A stretch of 64,000 bases of DNA from assembly GCA_030698625.1 (NCBI GenBank), contig JAUYMS010000034.1:2835-66834 (forward strand). Reading direction: 5' to 3'. Source of the stretch: Candidatus Omnitrophota bacterium. GTDB lineage: Bacteria; Omnitrophota; Omnitrophia; Omnitrophales; Aquincolibacteriaceae. Shown in pieces: positions 1-12,000 of this stretch. The position numbers and the translations under genes are program-made. The notes below the pieces were generated by a model. The model was not told the origin of the DNA. It worked only from the letters and a program-made list of their open reading frames with translations, and did not search any database. Each line of letters opens with the position of its first letter. Positions within the stretch are counted from its first letter, which is position 1.

Positions 1-3000
1 CAATCTCATAAATTTATTCGTCTTTCGGTTGATCTCCTGGGCTATCATTTCTGGTTCAAATTGGTTACCGGGATCATTCCATGCTGTTGCATCATAGCTG
101 AAATCGTTGTGCCGGGCATTGAGAATTAAAATATTGACGTTTTCAATGCCTCCCGGAGCAGATCCTGTGAACCCAGCCTTTGACCATTCCGAAAGCAAAT
201 TTGTCGGATTAGACGGCGGGCCAAAATCACTTATGACGACAGGTTTTTTACTTGGATCGATACAAGATACCGACCCATTCGTATTGCAACCCGGGATTTG
301 ATTGGCTCGTGTCTCTATAATTTCATTAGGCGCTGTTCCCCAGACATTGATAATACGTTTGAGGTTAGGGTTGTCAATATGATCATTCCAATTCACATTG
401 GGTCCTTCGTAATTGATCACCGTTTGGACATCAAAATAACTTCCGTCATCCCGAGTCTTTTCTAAAGCACCCAAAAGCGGAGCAAAAAATCCAGAATGCG
501 CAAAGGCAATCCCCTTATCCAAAATGCCTTTAGCCTTCTCAAAATCAAGCAGCTTCTTTTTCACTTCTTCTATCAGGTCATTGCCGCCTAAGGCGTTCGC
601 TAATATCGGTAAAACGGACGGTGTAATTCCTAATGCTGCCGTCTTTAAAAGTTCGCTCGCGCTGCTTAGTTTGAAAATAAAGTCTTGAGCCCAATCCAAT
701 ATATTTCCCACGAGTCCCGTTGTCTCATACATAGGAACCAGTAAGGTCTTAGCAATATTGATAATAAAATCTTTAGTCGCTAGATCGCTCACAAACGACG
801 GCATCAGCTTATCCGGCGTGTTTTCAGGAACAATTTCATTGTTGAACCCGTTGCCAAAAACGAATTTTGAAGTATCAGTGGGCGCTGCAACAGTCGTGCT
901 TGCCCCGGGGCGGACTTCAGCGCTGGCGTATGCGACCTTGCCATCAAGTATATTGAACTTGAAGAAAAGATTATCAAAAAGAGTAGGCCTTTGCGGGTCA
1001 AAATCATCAGGAATTTTGATGACAACCGGCGAAGGATTGATTTCCACATCTCCCTGAAAGATTCGACCATCCTCAGTCATCCAAGGCTTCTGATCCTCGG
1101 GACCTTTGACTGTTATTATTGGCGTCCCTTCTATGCCGTAACTCCACCCGGTAAGTTTTCCGTTATCAAAGGTTTGGTTTAGGACTGCTCCCCCACCCAC
1201 AGCAGTTTCATAAGTTAGTTTTTGATAATAAATGCCACCTCCTTCGTCTTGACCTAATCCAGTAATACGGGCGCTTCCGCCAACGCCAAAGGATTCTGTG
1301 GCTTCTCCTGTTTGGGTATTGTAATCAATCCGGCTTGAGCCATTCTGCCAGGTCCAGATGTCCCCATTTTGCGTCACAGTAGCTCCCTTTAATCCTACTT
1401 CATCTTGATAAATTCCTTCTTGAGTCTGACGGCTGAAAATAGATGAGAAAGCGCTCACTGCTTTTTTAAACCCCTGCACCGTGACATTGCCAACCCCTTC
1501 GACCACTTTTTGACCAAAGGAAACGACATTTCCAACAACATTGGCAATCCCTCGTCCGAATTTTTGCAATCCTTCCCCGATCTTCGAGAGAATGCTCTGT
1601 CCCTTGGCTTGAATATCACCCGGGCCCCCACCTCCCGAAGAACCACCTGCTAGGCCAGACGCAATGGAGCCAAGGAAGTTACTGATGAAATTTGTAGCGA
1701 TTGGCGGCGCTCCAAGAGCATCAAGTCCTATGGCCGCACCTACTGAAACAAGGCCCCCCAAGGTTTGGCCACTGGTTAAAGCATCCTTTATCGAATTGAA
1801 GACACTTCCGGCACCAGTTCCATTTGTAAGGCCATTCATCAGACCGCCGACCGAAGCCATCACGGGGATCCCGATGAGTGCTGTAATGCGCCAATCAAGA
1901 CCGAGGGCGTTGCCGGCGGCGGTGACGCCGGCGGAGGCTAGGTCCATCGTAAGATGTGGAAGAGCTGTTTGGAGGCTGGTGAGACCGGCTGCGATGGATT
2001 CGCCGCCGCCGCTAAAACCGCCTCCGAAGGCGGCGAGGCCGGCTGCGCCGATGCTGATCAAATTCGTAGCGAGAGGCGGAAGGCTTGTGTGTAGGTTGAG
2101 CATCTCGGAGGTTCCACCGGACACAAACCCTAAGCTGGCAGCGACGCCAAGGGGGTTGCCGGTCGCGAGGAGACCGATCCCCATCGCAATTTTTCCACCG
2201 GCGATGATTGTGCGGCTGAGTTTAGGTGAAACACCGACTGCTTCCAGCAGGGATCCGGCACCCTGCAGCTCAAGACCGATTAGTGCGAGGTTGAAGCCAG
2301 CGCTGCCAACAAATCCCGAAAGCGCTCCTCCGATAAGCGGAATGCCGTTCAGGAAACCCTGGACAGGTGCCAGGAGAGTTGCGTTGAGGGTTCCCAAAGC
2401 GCTGGCGAGGCCGTATCCAAATTCGATGATTCCGCCGATCACTCCGCCGGCGATCTGTCCAAGACCCGTGAGCACGCCGGCGAAAAGCCCTTGGAGGCCG
2501 GCAAGGAAGTTACCCGTGAAGAGGCCGCCGAAGAAACTGCCGAAGCCTGAGAGGATGGAACCAACGCCTGATATGAGTCCGGTAAGAACAGTGCCGATTG
2601 CTGCAATGGTGGCGCTTACTGCGGCCATGACGGCCTGTGAGATGGCAATGAATGCGATTACAAGCAGCGTGAAGAAGGCGCCGCGCACCGACATTTCTTT
2701 TTCGATGGTGAGCGCGGCGTAAGAGGCCGGATCCGCCTCCGCAGGCGGCGGCCTTTGACTTAACGCATAACCAAAACCTTTGTCGGGGTCGCTCGGGTCA
2801 ACCCAAATCGCGACGAATTCTTCTTTCGTCATCGTGACTTGGTCGAGAGCCTGTTGGGCGCCCGCGCCCGGATCAATATAGGAGATCTCGTCGTCGGTGA
2901 CGCGGGTCACAATGATGTAGTGATTACCGTTGACGTGTGCAACCAGGCGGAAGTCACAGGTGTCGGGATCAGGAGCACAGGTATCGTCGTAAATAGCTTT

Positions 3001-6000
3001 AAGCGCATCGTAGTTCAGCGCAAAGGACTGCGTCTCAAGGCCGTAATGTGCGGCAACAGTGCGCAATGCAAACATCGAGATCACCAGGTCGTCTTTCTCG
3101 AGCGGTGTGATCGTGCCGGTCAGGATGTCGATCAGGATAAGGCGGGAAGCGAGTTCGACGCGCTCGAACTCTAGGCCCGCGCGCGCGAGCATCGCCTCGA
3201 TGGCCAGATAGGCGGACTGTCCGAAGTGAAGCGAGCGGGTACGCACCCAGTCGAGCGCAGCGTTTGCTTCAGCGGCGGACAAGTCGACAACTTGTTCGGG
3301 GAGTAAACCCAAGGCCTCGGCATAAGCCAGTTTTTCGGTGTCGCTGAGCAGGAGATAAGTTAAGAGCTCGGTTTCTACATTATTCTTAATGGTCTGAACC
3401 TCAGCGGTGCGATCTAAGAGTTCCTGCGAAGTCAGCAGGCTCTGCTTCAGTGCTTCGAGATCAAACAGGCCGGTTTCGAAATCAGCGGTGGCGATTACGG
3501 CGGCGTATTCCGCCTGTGAAGGATCGCGGCCCATGATCTTGCGGTACCAGTGGTAGACAACCGGCGTGATTTCCTGCTGTAGGATGTTGCGGCGGGCAAT
3601 CTGGTTCTCGGCCTCAATTTCGGCAAATGAGGCCTCGGCTTCGCTTAGAATTTGCTGCGAGGCTTCGGCCACCTGTGCCGCGAGCTGTTCGAGGGCTGCG
3701 GCCCGCTGGGCGGCAAGCGCTTCGAGTGCCCCGTTCACCTGATCGAGCCCGACCTGAATCTGCGACAGGGCATTCCCTAAAGTACTCTTCCCCTGTTTGC
3801 CGCGCACTTCGATCGAAGCAATCTCGCCGTGCTGCGCTTCGAGCTTGTCGCGAATCGCCAGCAGACGATCGCGCGCCACGACATACTGACCTTCGAGGGT
3901 CTGACTCAGTACCTGTTCGCGTTCGGCCACGCGCGCGAGTGCCTCTTCACGCTCCACCGCGATTTCGGCACGCAGCCGCAGCACCGCGGAATCAAGCCGC
4001 CGCCGCGCCCCGCCCATTTCAATACGGATGGGGTTGCCGTCGGCGTCGTAGGAATAAACCACGAGTTGTTCGCCGTTACCGGCAAGCACCCGATCGATCC
4101 GGCCTTCGTGGTAGGTCTCCAAAACACCCTCGGCATACCTGCGCGTGACCAGTTCGCCGTCAAGCGCGTACTCGCTCTCAATCGGCAGTGTGCCCGGCAA
4201 TCCGAAGTCCTGCCACACGGTAAGAATCTGGTCCTGCCATAGTTTCTCGGCCTCGGCTTGGTGAAACTCGGCCGATTCATTGGGGTTTACGAGATGCCCG
4301 TTTTCGGTGACCAGCCCGACCATATGACCGGCCGCGCCGGTCACCGCATAAGGATTGCCGTCCCTGAATTCGGTGACTGTACCGTCATTGTGAAATACTG
4401 TGGCGTCGAGAAGTATGGACGCGCCGGTTTCGTCTGCTTCGGCGGCATCGAAACTAATCAGTGTGCCGTCGGCGAGCCGCAGGTTCGTAAGCGTGCCGTC
4501 TTCATAGCCGGCCTCTTCACCCTCGGGTCCGGTAAAACCCGTGAGTGTGATCCGATGCACTTCTTCGCCAGCCGGATTATCCACCAGGCTCACCGAAGGC
4601 ACATCCACCGTAAAGGTGGATCCGTCGGGAAGCTCGACAGTCTCGGTCACAGCAACCGTGACGACATCACGGGCCGTTTCGAAACTGTGCGCATAGCGAA
4701 ACCCTTCCGGCGTGATATGAGAAAGGATATTGCCGTCCTCACCGTACTCTTCGCGCACCCCCTGTTCGGTCGTGATGACGCGGTTACCGCCGTCATTGGT
4801 GCTGTGTTCGAAGGTCTGGCGGACGCGGCCTTTGTACACAATGGAAGAACGCAGGAGTGCGCCGTCTTCACCGTACTCATAAACCGTATCCACGCCGGTG
4901 GCCGCGGTGCGTGAGATCAGGCGTTCGGCAAGGTAGCGTTCCGCGAGACCGGTGTCGGGGTCATAAACCACCGTGATTTCTTCGCCGGCATCATTGAATT
5001 CGTAGGAGTATTCAAGTGGGCTTTCGCCGGCACGCGACATTGCGCGCACACGGCCATAGGCAAGGTCGAGTGTTTCAGCGGTGCCATCCTCGCGGGTCAC
5101 GGTCTGCGTCTGGTCGTCAAACTCGATCACGGTGCCGTCGGGCAAGCGGCTCCGGCTCACGCGGCCTGCTTCCATTTGCGAGACGGTGCCGTACAGGGTT
5201 TCAAATTCCTCGGCCTCACCGGCCGTGTCAAAATCAATGCGGGTTTCGGCCGTCAGTAAGCGGCCCCAATCGAAATCCACCTCGCCGTTGGCTTCACTCA
5301 GGCCCAGGTATTGGGCAAGCGTTTCATTGCGGTCGGAGTAGACTTCGGCCAATAAGTCTTCTTGCGTAAGCATACGGTCGAGCCAGTCTTTGACCGCAGG
5401 CGGGCGCGGCGCCGCAAAAGTCACGTTGTCGACATATAAGGGAATGCCGGGGTTTTCACCGGCGGGTTCGAAGGTGATGCGGAGTTCGTCGGCATCGGAT
5501 TTGCCTGCGTCCATCGGCAGGTAATGGTCGGCCCACTCCATGCCGACCGCGTCAATTGTCCACTCCTGGTAGGACTCGGGCTCAGCGGGATCACCGAGCG
5601 TCACTTTCACGCGGCCCTCGGCCGCCCCCACCGGCTGCGCGGCACGGACACTTACGTGCAGGTAATCGTAGAGCGAGCTCTTTACAGAACTGCTCGCGGC
5701 CTGAATACCGCCGATTGCCATGACGCTCGCAGGCAGGAAACCCGATCCGGTGCCGAGTTGCACCCGCCACTCGGTGTCACCCTCGGTATAGAGCACGCGG
5801 TCGGGAATAGCATCGCCGTTTACGTCCGTAAGCTCCGCGACTTTTCTGACATAGGCCGGCGACCGGCCGCCGCCGTTATAGGAGCGAAAATTGCGGTCGT
5901 CCTGGGTAATAGCGGTTTCGCGCGTGCCCGTGCCCTCGATACCGCTCCAGGCTACGGGGTTAGCAAAGCTCGAGCCCGTGTTGACCTCGACCCACCAGGT

Positions 6001-9000
6001 GTCGTGCGTGCCGCCGTCATTGGCATCCACACTCACACGGTCGGGCAGGCCGTCGCCGGTGACATCCATAATATCGATAAGGACATTGCGCGGCTCGTCC
6101 CAACCGAGGAAGGCGCGCACACCGACTGCCGCCACCCCGCCGACTCCGGGCAGGGCACGCACGCTATTGTCCCAGAGCACGGCAGGCTCAAACCCTTTAC
6201 CGTTATTAAACTGCACATACCATTCCTGGACCGCACCGGCATCACCGAGGAAGCTTTCCTTCACGAGCACGCGGTCGAGGCGGCCGTCTCCGTCCATGTC
6301 GACCAAGTCGGAGACGTCAGCAACTAACTCCCCTTGCGCCGTGCTCTGCCGTTCGTACCACGAGAGTGACCCGGCAATTTCAGGGTCATTGTGAAAAGTC
6401 ATATCGACACCGGTCCACAAGATGGCACTGTCGAAACCGTCGCCTGTATTGTGTTGGTAGAACCAGTGGCTGAACGGCTGCACCGCAGGCCTGACAATGC
6501 GATCGGCAAGGCCGTCACCATCGATGTCGACGAGGTCACTCAAAAGCTCCTGCACATCTTTGCCGTCGTCACGCACCTCGAGCGCATAGGCCGCCTGAAA
6601 GCTCCACTGACTCGCGGGCTGAGCGTTCTCCGCCCACACTTCGAGCGGATCAAAACCGCTCCCGTTGTTGTATTGCACGTACCAGGTCTGCTCGCCTAAG
6701 AACTTCTGCACCACGCGGTCGGGCAGGCCGTCTCCGTTCATGTCGGCGAGGTCGCCGAGCACATGCGGGTGCCGGCCTTCGAAGAAACGCAGAGCGCCCA
6801 TCGTATGGGCATTGCAGCAGACTTCATTGCCGTAATCCTGGTCCACACCGGTCCAGCGCACGGGGCTGTCAAAGCCGTTGCCGTTGTTGTACTGAATCCA
6901 CCAAAACCCCATATTGGCGGTCACATCGATAAAGACGTGGTCTTTCAAGCCATCGCCGTTCATGTCGATGAGGTCGGCCGTCTGGGCAGGCAGGTTATCG
7001 TGCACATCCATCGTATGATTGCGGCCGATATAACCGAAACTGTTGACCGGGTTATTGAGAGAGACGCCGGTCCACTCCGGATCGTATTCCCCCGCAAATT
7101 CATACACGGTTTCGCGATCAGTGTCGCTCACGAGTTTTGAGACGAGCAGTGTCGTGCCGCCGTCGAGTTCGGATGAGACGGCAAGCGGGTCGGCGAGTGC
7201 GTCATGCGCCGGGCGTGCCAGCAGAATCTCAGAGAGTTCGGGATCGGTCAGCGGTTCGGGGCGTTCGTAAGACGGGTCCAGAAAGTGAAGCAAATATTGT
7301 GTGTCACCGTCGCGCTCATACTCTTCGACGCCAGGCGTAAAACCGGTGTTCCAACGTGCCGTCCGAGAAACACGGAACTCATCCATTCGCCCCTGCATGG
7401 AATAGGCGCCGCCGTGAAGACCGCCGACACTCAAACCGCCGCTCGCACCGCTCACGTTGCGGGCAAACTCTACAGCCGCGCCGATTTGTGCGCCATCGAC
7501 AAAAGCCTTCAACTGGCCGCTCTGTCTGACAAGTGCAATGTGATACCAGCGATTGACTTGAGGGGCCCAGGTAAAATTCCGGACGCTTCCGTCTATCCAC
7601 ACTTCGAGCGATTGTCCTGCCGCGGCCGCAGCCCTCATGCCGGTGCCGCCCGAACTCCCGAGTTGAAAGAAGCCGACCGAAGATTCGCCAGGAAAATTAT
7701 CGGACTGCATCCAGAAGTCGACCGTGAAATCCCCTGTTCCGATGAGCCAGGATGCTGGTTCAGGCACCGACAGAATATCCCCGCCCGCGTTGAAGCGCAT
7801 TGAGGCATGCCCGGTCTTAAAATTGTTGGTATCGATGGTGCTTGTGCCCTGCATGGAATAGCTGTCGTCACGCGGCGCAACACCGAGCACGGCCGTGGCC
7901 GGATCAAGTAGATAAGGCACGAGGGAGTGACTCGTGCCGCCGTCAAAAGTGCGTATAAGCTGCATGCCGGCGAGAGAGCCGTCGGCAGCGTCTTCATAAG
8001 AAAGATCATAACGACGGCCTTCGATTTCTACACCGCTGACGCGCCCTTCCGCGTAGAGCACTGCCGTGCCGTCGGCACGCACGGTCTTGGTGAGAACTCC
8101 CTGTTCGATCGTCTGCTGTGTCGCATCGGCAAAGGTGAGGGTACCTGATAAAATGCCTTCCGCATCGAAGCCGGGATTTTCGACCTCACCAAAGCGGGTA
8201 TAGAGCTGCGAAACTTCACCGTCGGTCATTTCGGCATGAACACCGTCTGTTAGAACGCGCAGAAGCGTGCCGGCCGGCGTGTAGGCGCGGAAGGCATGCT
8301 CTCCTTTAAATTGAATCTCCTGAAGTCCGCCGGCCTCGCCGCGCAGGTAAGACACTGTCTGCTCGCTTGCATCCGGCAGCACAATGCGCTCGGCCATGCC
8401 TTCGCGTCCATAATAAATTTGAGCACCGTCGCTTGTGGTCAAGCGGACCAAAGTTCCATTTTCATAAACCTTCACGATGCCGTCGGATGTTTCTTCTGTC
8501 ACCGTCGCCACCGCACCATTATCGAAGCCGATCGTGTGCAGACGCGACCCGTCGGGGAACAGGATCTCGCTGATTGCACCGCCGCCATAAACAACGTGCG
8601 TGCCGTCGCGAAAATGCCACTCGCGCAGAAGGGCTTGATCGTTGGCGAAGTCATAGATCTTGCCGTCTACGGTTTCAAAACCCGTCATCACACCGTTCTC
8701 GATGGTTTGCTTGATCCCCTCCTTTGTCTCGATAATGCCGCTGATAATATTGCCGTCTTCATCCAACTCGAAATTGCTCAATTGGTTTCCTCCGACAGTC
8801 TCGAGCAGCAAGTCCACCACGGCCTCGTCGTTCAGCATGCCGTCGCCGTCGGTGTCTTCGGCCAAGCGCCGCACCGTGCCGCCGCTCGTGACAATCGACT
8901 CGAGAAAACCGGAATCATCGTAGACAAAGTCTGTGCCGTCGCGGTTAACGGTGAGCCCCTTCATGAAGGACAACTCCTCCGCATAGGAGTAGCCGGCCGT

Positions 9001-12000
9001 TTCCGCACCGGTTTCATCCAACGCCCGAAGTACTCTGCCGTCGTCGAACTCAATTACCGAGCCGTCTTCCAGGACCGTTTTCAATACACTGCCGTCGGCG
9101 GCATAATCCGCCGCGGTCATGCTCTTGGCTTCAGGAGCACTCGAGACGGCCCGGTCGAGGCTCAGGGTGTAACCGTTTTCTGCAGCAATGCGGTTGTAGA
9201 TAAAGTGGGCGCCGGCGGCGTCCTCGACTTCACGCATGATTCCGAGCTTATCGTATTTGACGGAGTCGCCGGCCGCCGTAAAGATGCGTGTCGCGGCTAT
9301 TTCGGTTTGCGAAAGCTTCTCCACTGAGTGGTATTCCGTGATATCGGCCAGGATCTCGCGCACGACGAATGCCGCGGGAGTAAAATCCATAATGCCGCCG
9401 TCTGCGGCGATGCGCCTGAGCAGAGCCCCCTCGCGGATCACATCCAAAGAGCGGTCGGGGTACCGAATTAAAGCATCCACAATCTCGTTATTTTCGTTCA
9501 GCGTAAAATCCGTGATGCGTATACCGGTTTCCGTGCGCATTTCAACCAGCTGACCCGCCGCATAAAAGGCTTCGATGCCGTCTTCAAGTGTCAGGCGCAG
9601 GGCCTCGTCCTCGTTCAGCGCTGAAGCCTCCGGCAACGTAAGCGTTTCTACCAAACTGCCTCCGGCAGCCAGGCGCCTGACCACGCCGGTCGTGTCGTCA
9701 TAGTGAATCTCACGCCCATCGGCGTACCGATAAAACGCCGTGCTGCCGTCGGCGCGGTAAATCACCTCATCGCCGGCCGGCGTGATTTCGCGCACAAGAA
9801 CATCACTTTTGTAATAGAGTTCCGTTCCGTCGGCCAGCATGAAGACTTCATCCGGCGACTCCTTCTGCCGCACGATGATCTTATCGACGTAAAGATTCCT
9901 GTCGCCGTTGGTGCAGCAGTAGTCATTTGTGAAGGCAACGGCGAATTTGCGGTTACCGGCAACGAGCTCCACATCAAAAAGATAAGAATTCCATGATGTG
10001 ACAGCCACCGGATCAGGACCGGCAATCGTTTGGTTGTCGATCTTCAGCGACATGAGCGGCCAAACACCGCCACCCTGCTGGCCCCTCGCAATGACTTCGA
10101 TTTCGTATCCGCTCGTCTCCGGTATGTTACGCGTGGCATAAACCTCACCATTCGACCAAACATTCCAACCACCCGAAGCCGGTCCGCCCGTGGTCTTCCC
10201 CATATTCTCAGCCTCTAAAGTGAGGAGGAAGGGGTAGGGAGCGGACACAACGTCCGCTCCCGAGGGGGTGTACGTGGGATCGTCGGTGAGATAAAGAGAG
10301 TCGAGAAATGTGCCGTCCTCACGCTGATAAATACGGATCGTGTGCTCCCCCGCTGAAAGCACGGGTTTAAATAGACCGGCACTCCTGTCCTTGACCTGAG
10401 CCCATTCCCATGCGGTATGCGTTCCCGTGTCCCAAAGCTGAACGGGTCCGTTGTCGATCTGCACATAGAAGCTGTCGTCATCACCGCTCGGGCTCAGCGT
10501 GCGTCCCCAGAGGTAATAGGTGCCGTCCCACGGTACGGTGGTGTTGAACGTGACACTCTTATTGATGTCGGGGCTCTTAAGAAACACCCCGCCGTTCGCA
10601 ACGCCGATGTAACTGCCTGCGCTGGCATACCAGTCTTCGTAGACGGCGAAAGGACTCGCAATCGATGCGGCATTCTCGGCTTCAAGGACAATCGGCACTT
10701 CGGCTTCAATGGGCTCATAGGCCACCGCGAAAGATGCCGTCGTCTCGTTGCCGGCCGCGTCCGTCTCCGTCACCGTCAATGTGTTTGAGCCCTCGGTCAG
10801 CGTGAAATCCTTCGCTTTATCCGCGCCGTCGGCCGTATAGGTCAGCGTATAGGCCGCACGCACTGACGTTTGAGCTGAGGTAAATACAATCGCCGGCGCC
10901 GTTGAGTCGAACGTGGTCTCGACCACCACAGCCGTGCTTTCGTTTCCGCTGTCGTCTCTGGCCGTGATCGAAAAGGAGTAGAGCTTTTCTTCCGTGAGGG
11001 TCACGGCGTACGACCATGTCGTGCCTGCACTAACGGCCACAGCCTCCGCGCCGTTGATCCAAATGCCGGTGCCGGCGGCTTTGGTGCCCGCGAGGGTGAC
11101 TGTGCCGGCGTTGGTGAATGTCGGAATGTCCTCCACGGTAGGCGGCGCAATCGTTGTCACTAAATCCACTGTCACACTGCCGGTCAAAACCGTTTCATTG
11201 CCGGCCGCGTCTACTTCATCGATTCTGAGTTCGTTAATCCCCTGCACTAGATTCTCAAAGGCCTTTGTCTTGGAGATGCCGTCAACCGTATATTCCACAG
11301 TCAACGAATCTATGGTAATGACAGGGGCAGGGCCTCCCAAGCCATCGCCGGAAGCCACGGATTGAATCTCTTCGGCTGAGAGTCCGCGCTCAAAGACCCG
11401 AACATCATCCATCAGGCCGCGGAAATAATAGCTCGAAGGGCGGTCGACCCATCCGTTCAGATTGTCGTAGCCGATCCGCCAATACCCCGGGTAGTTTTCC
11501 GCCGTCTTCACCGCCGCGTTTTCAGCTGCCAAAGTGCCGTCCATGTATAACTGCATCCCGTCCGCAGAAAGAGTTGCCGCCACGTGATGCCAGGCGCCAT
11601 CATTGTAGGAATTTACAGTCTTAATCGTTTTGACGGTGCCCGGGTAGACCCCGAAATAGAGCTGGCCGGCATTGTTCATGTAAATGTGCCGGTCATAGCT
11701 AGTACTTGTGCCCGTCTGTGATCTGCCGAACCCTATCAGCTTCCCGCCCGTCGCAGAGCCTGTCTTAAACCAAAGCGAAAGACTGAATTCACTTGGATTC
11801 GTAAATGCGGTTGTAGTCGAAACATAATCATTGATGCCGTCAAAATTCAAGCTGCCGCTGTTCGGGAGGATCACATTGGGATGGTCAGGGTTTGAAGCGG
11901 GCCCGTTCATCAATTGCCCGTCATTACCCGAACCCGACTGATCCGTCACCGTGCCTCCGCTCACATCATCAAAACTCCAATATCCGGTCTGACCTTCGAG

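Noticed and set aside
1664-2722. 352-aa plus-strand ORF (and similar plus-strand ORFs 4258..4914, 5524..6327, 7204..7803, 8296..9327, 12736..13266)
   Set aside because: Pro/Arg/Ala-rich nonsense composition typical of antisense frames of GC-rich DNA. They are fully overlapped by the continuous minus-strand giant gene A frame, which carries recognisable domains.
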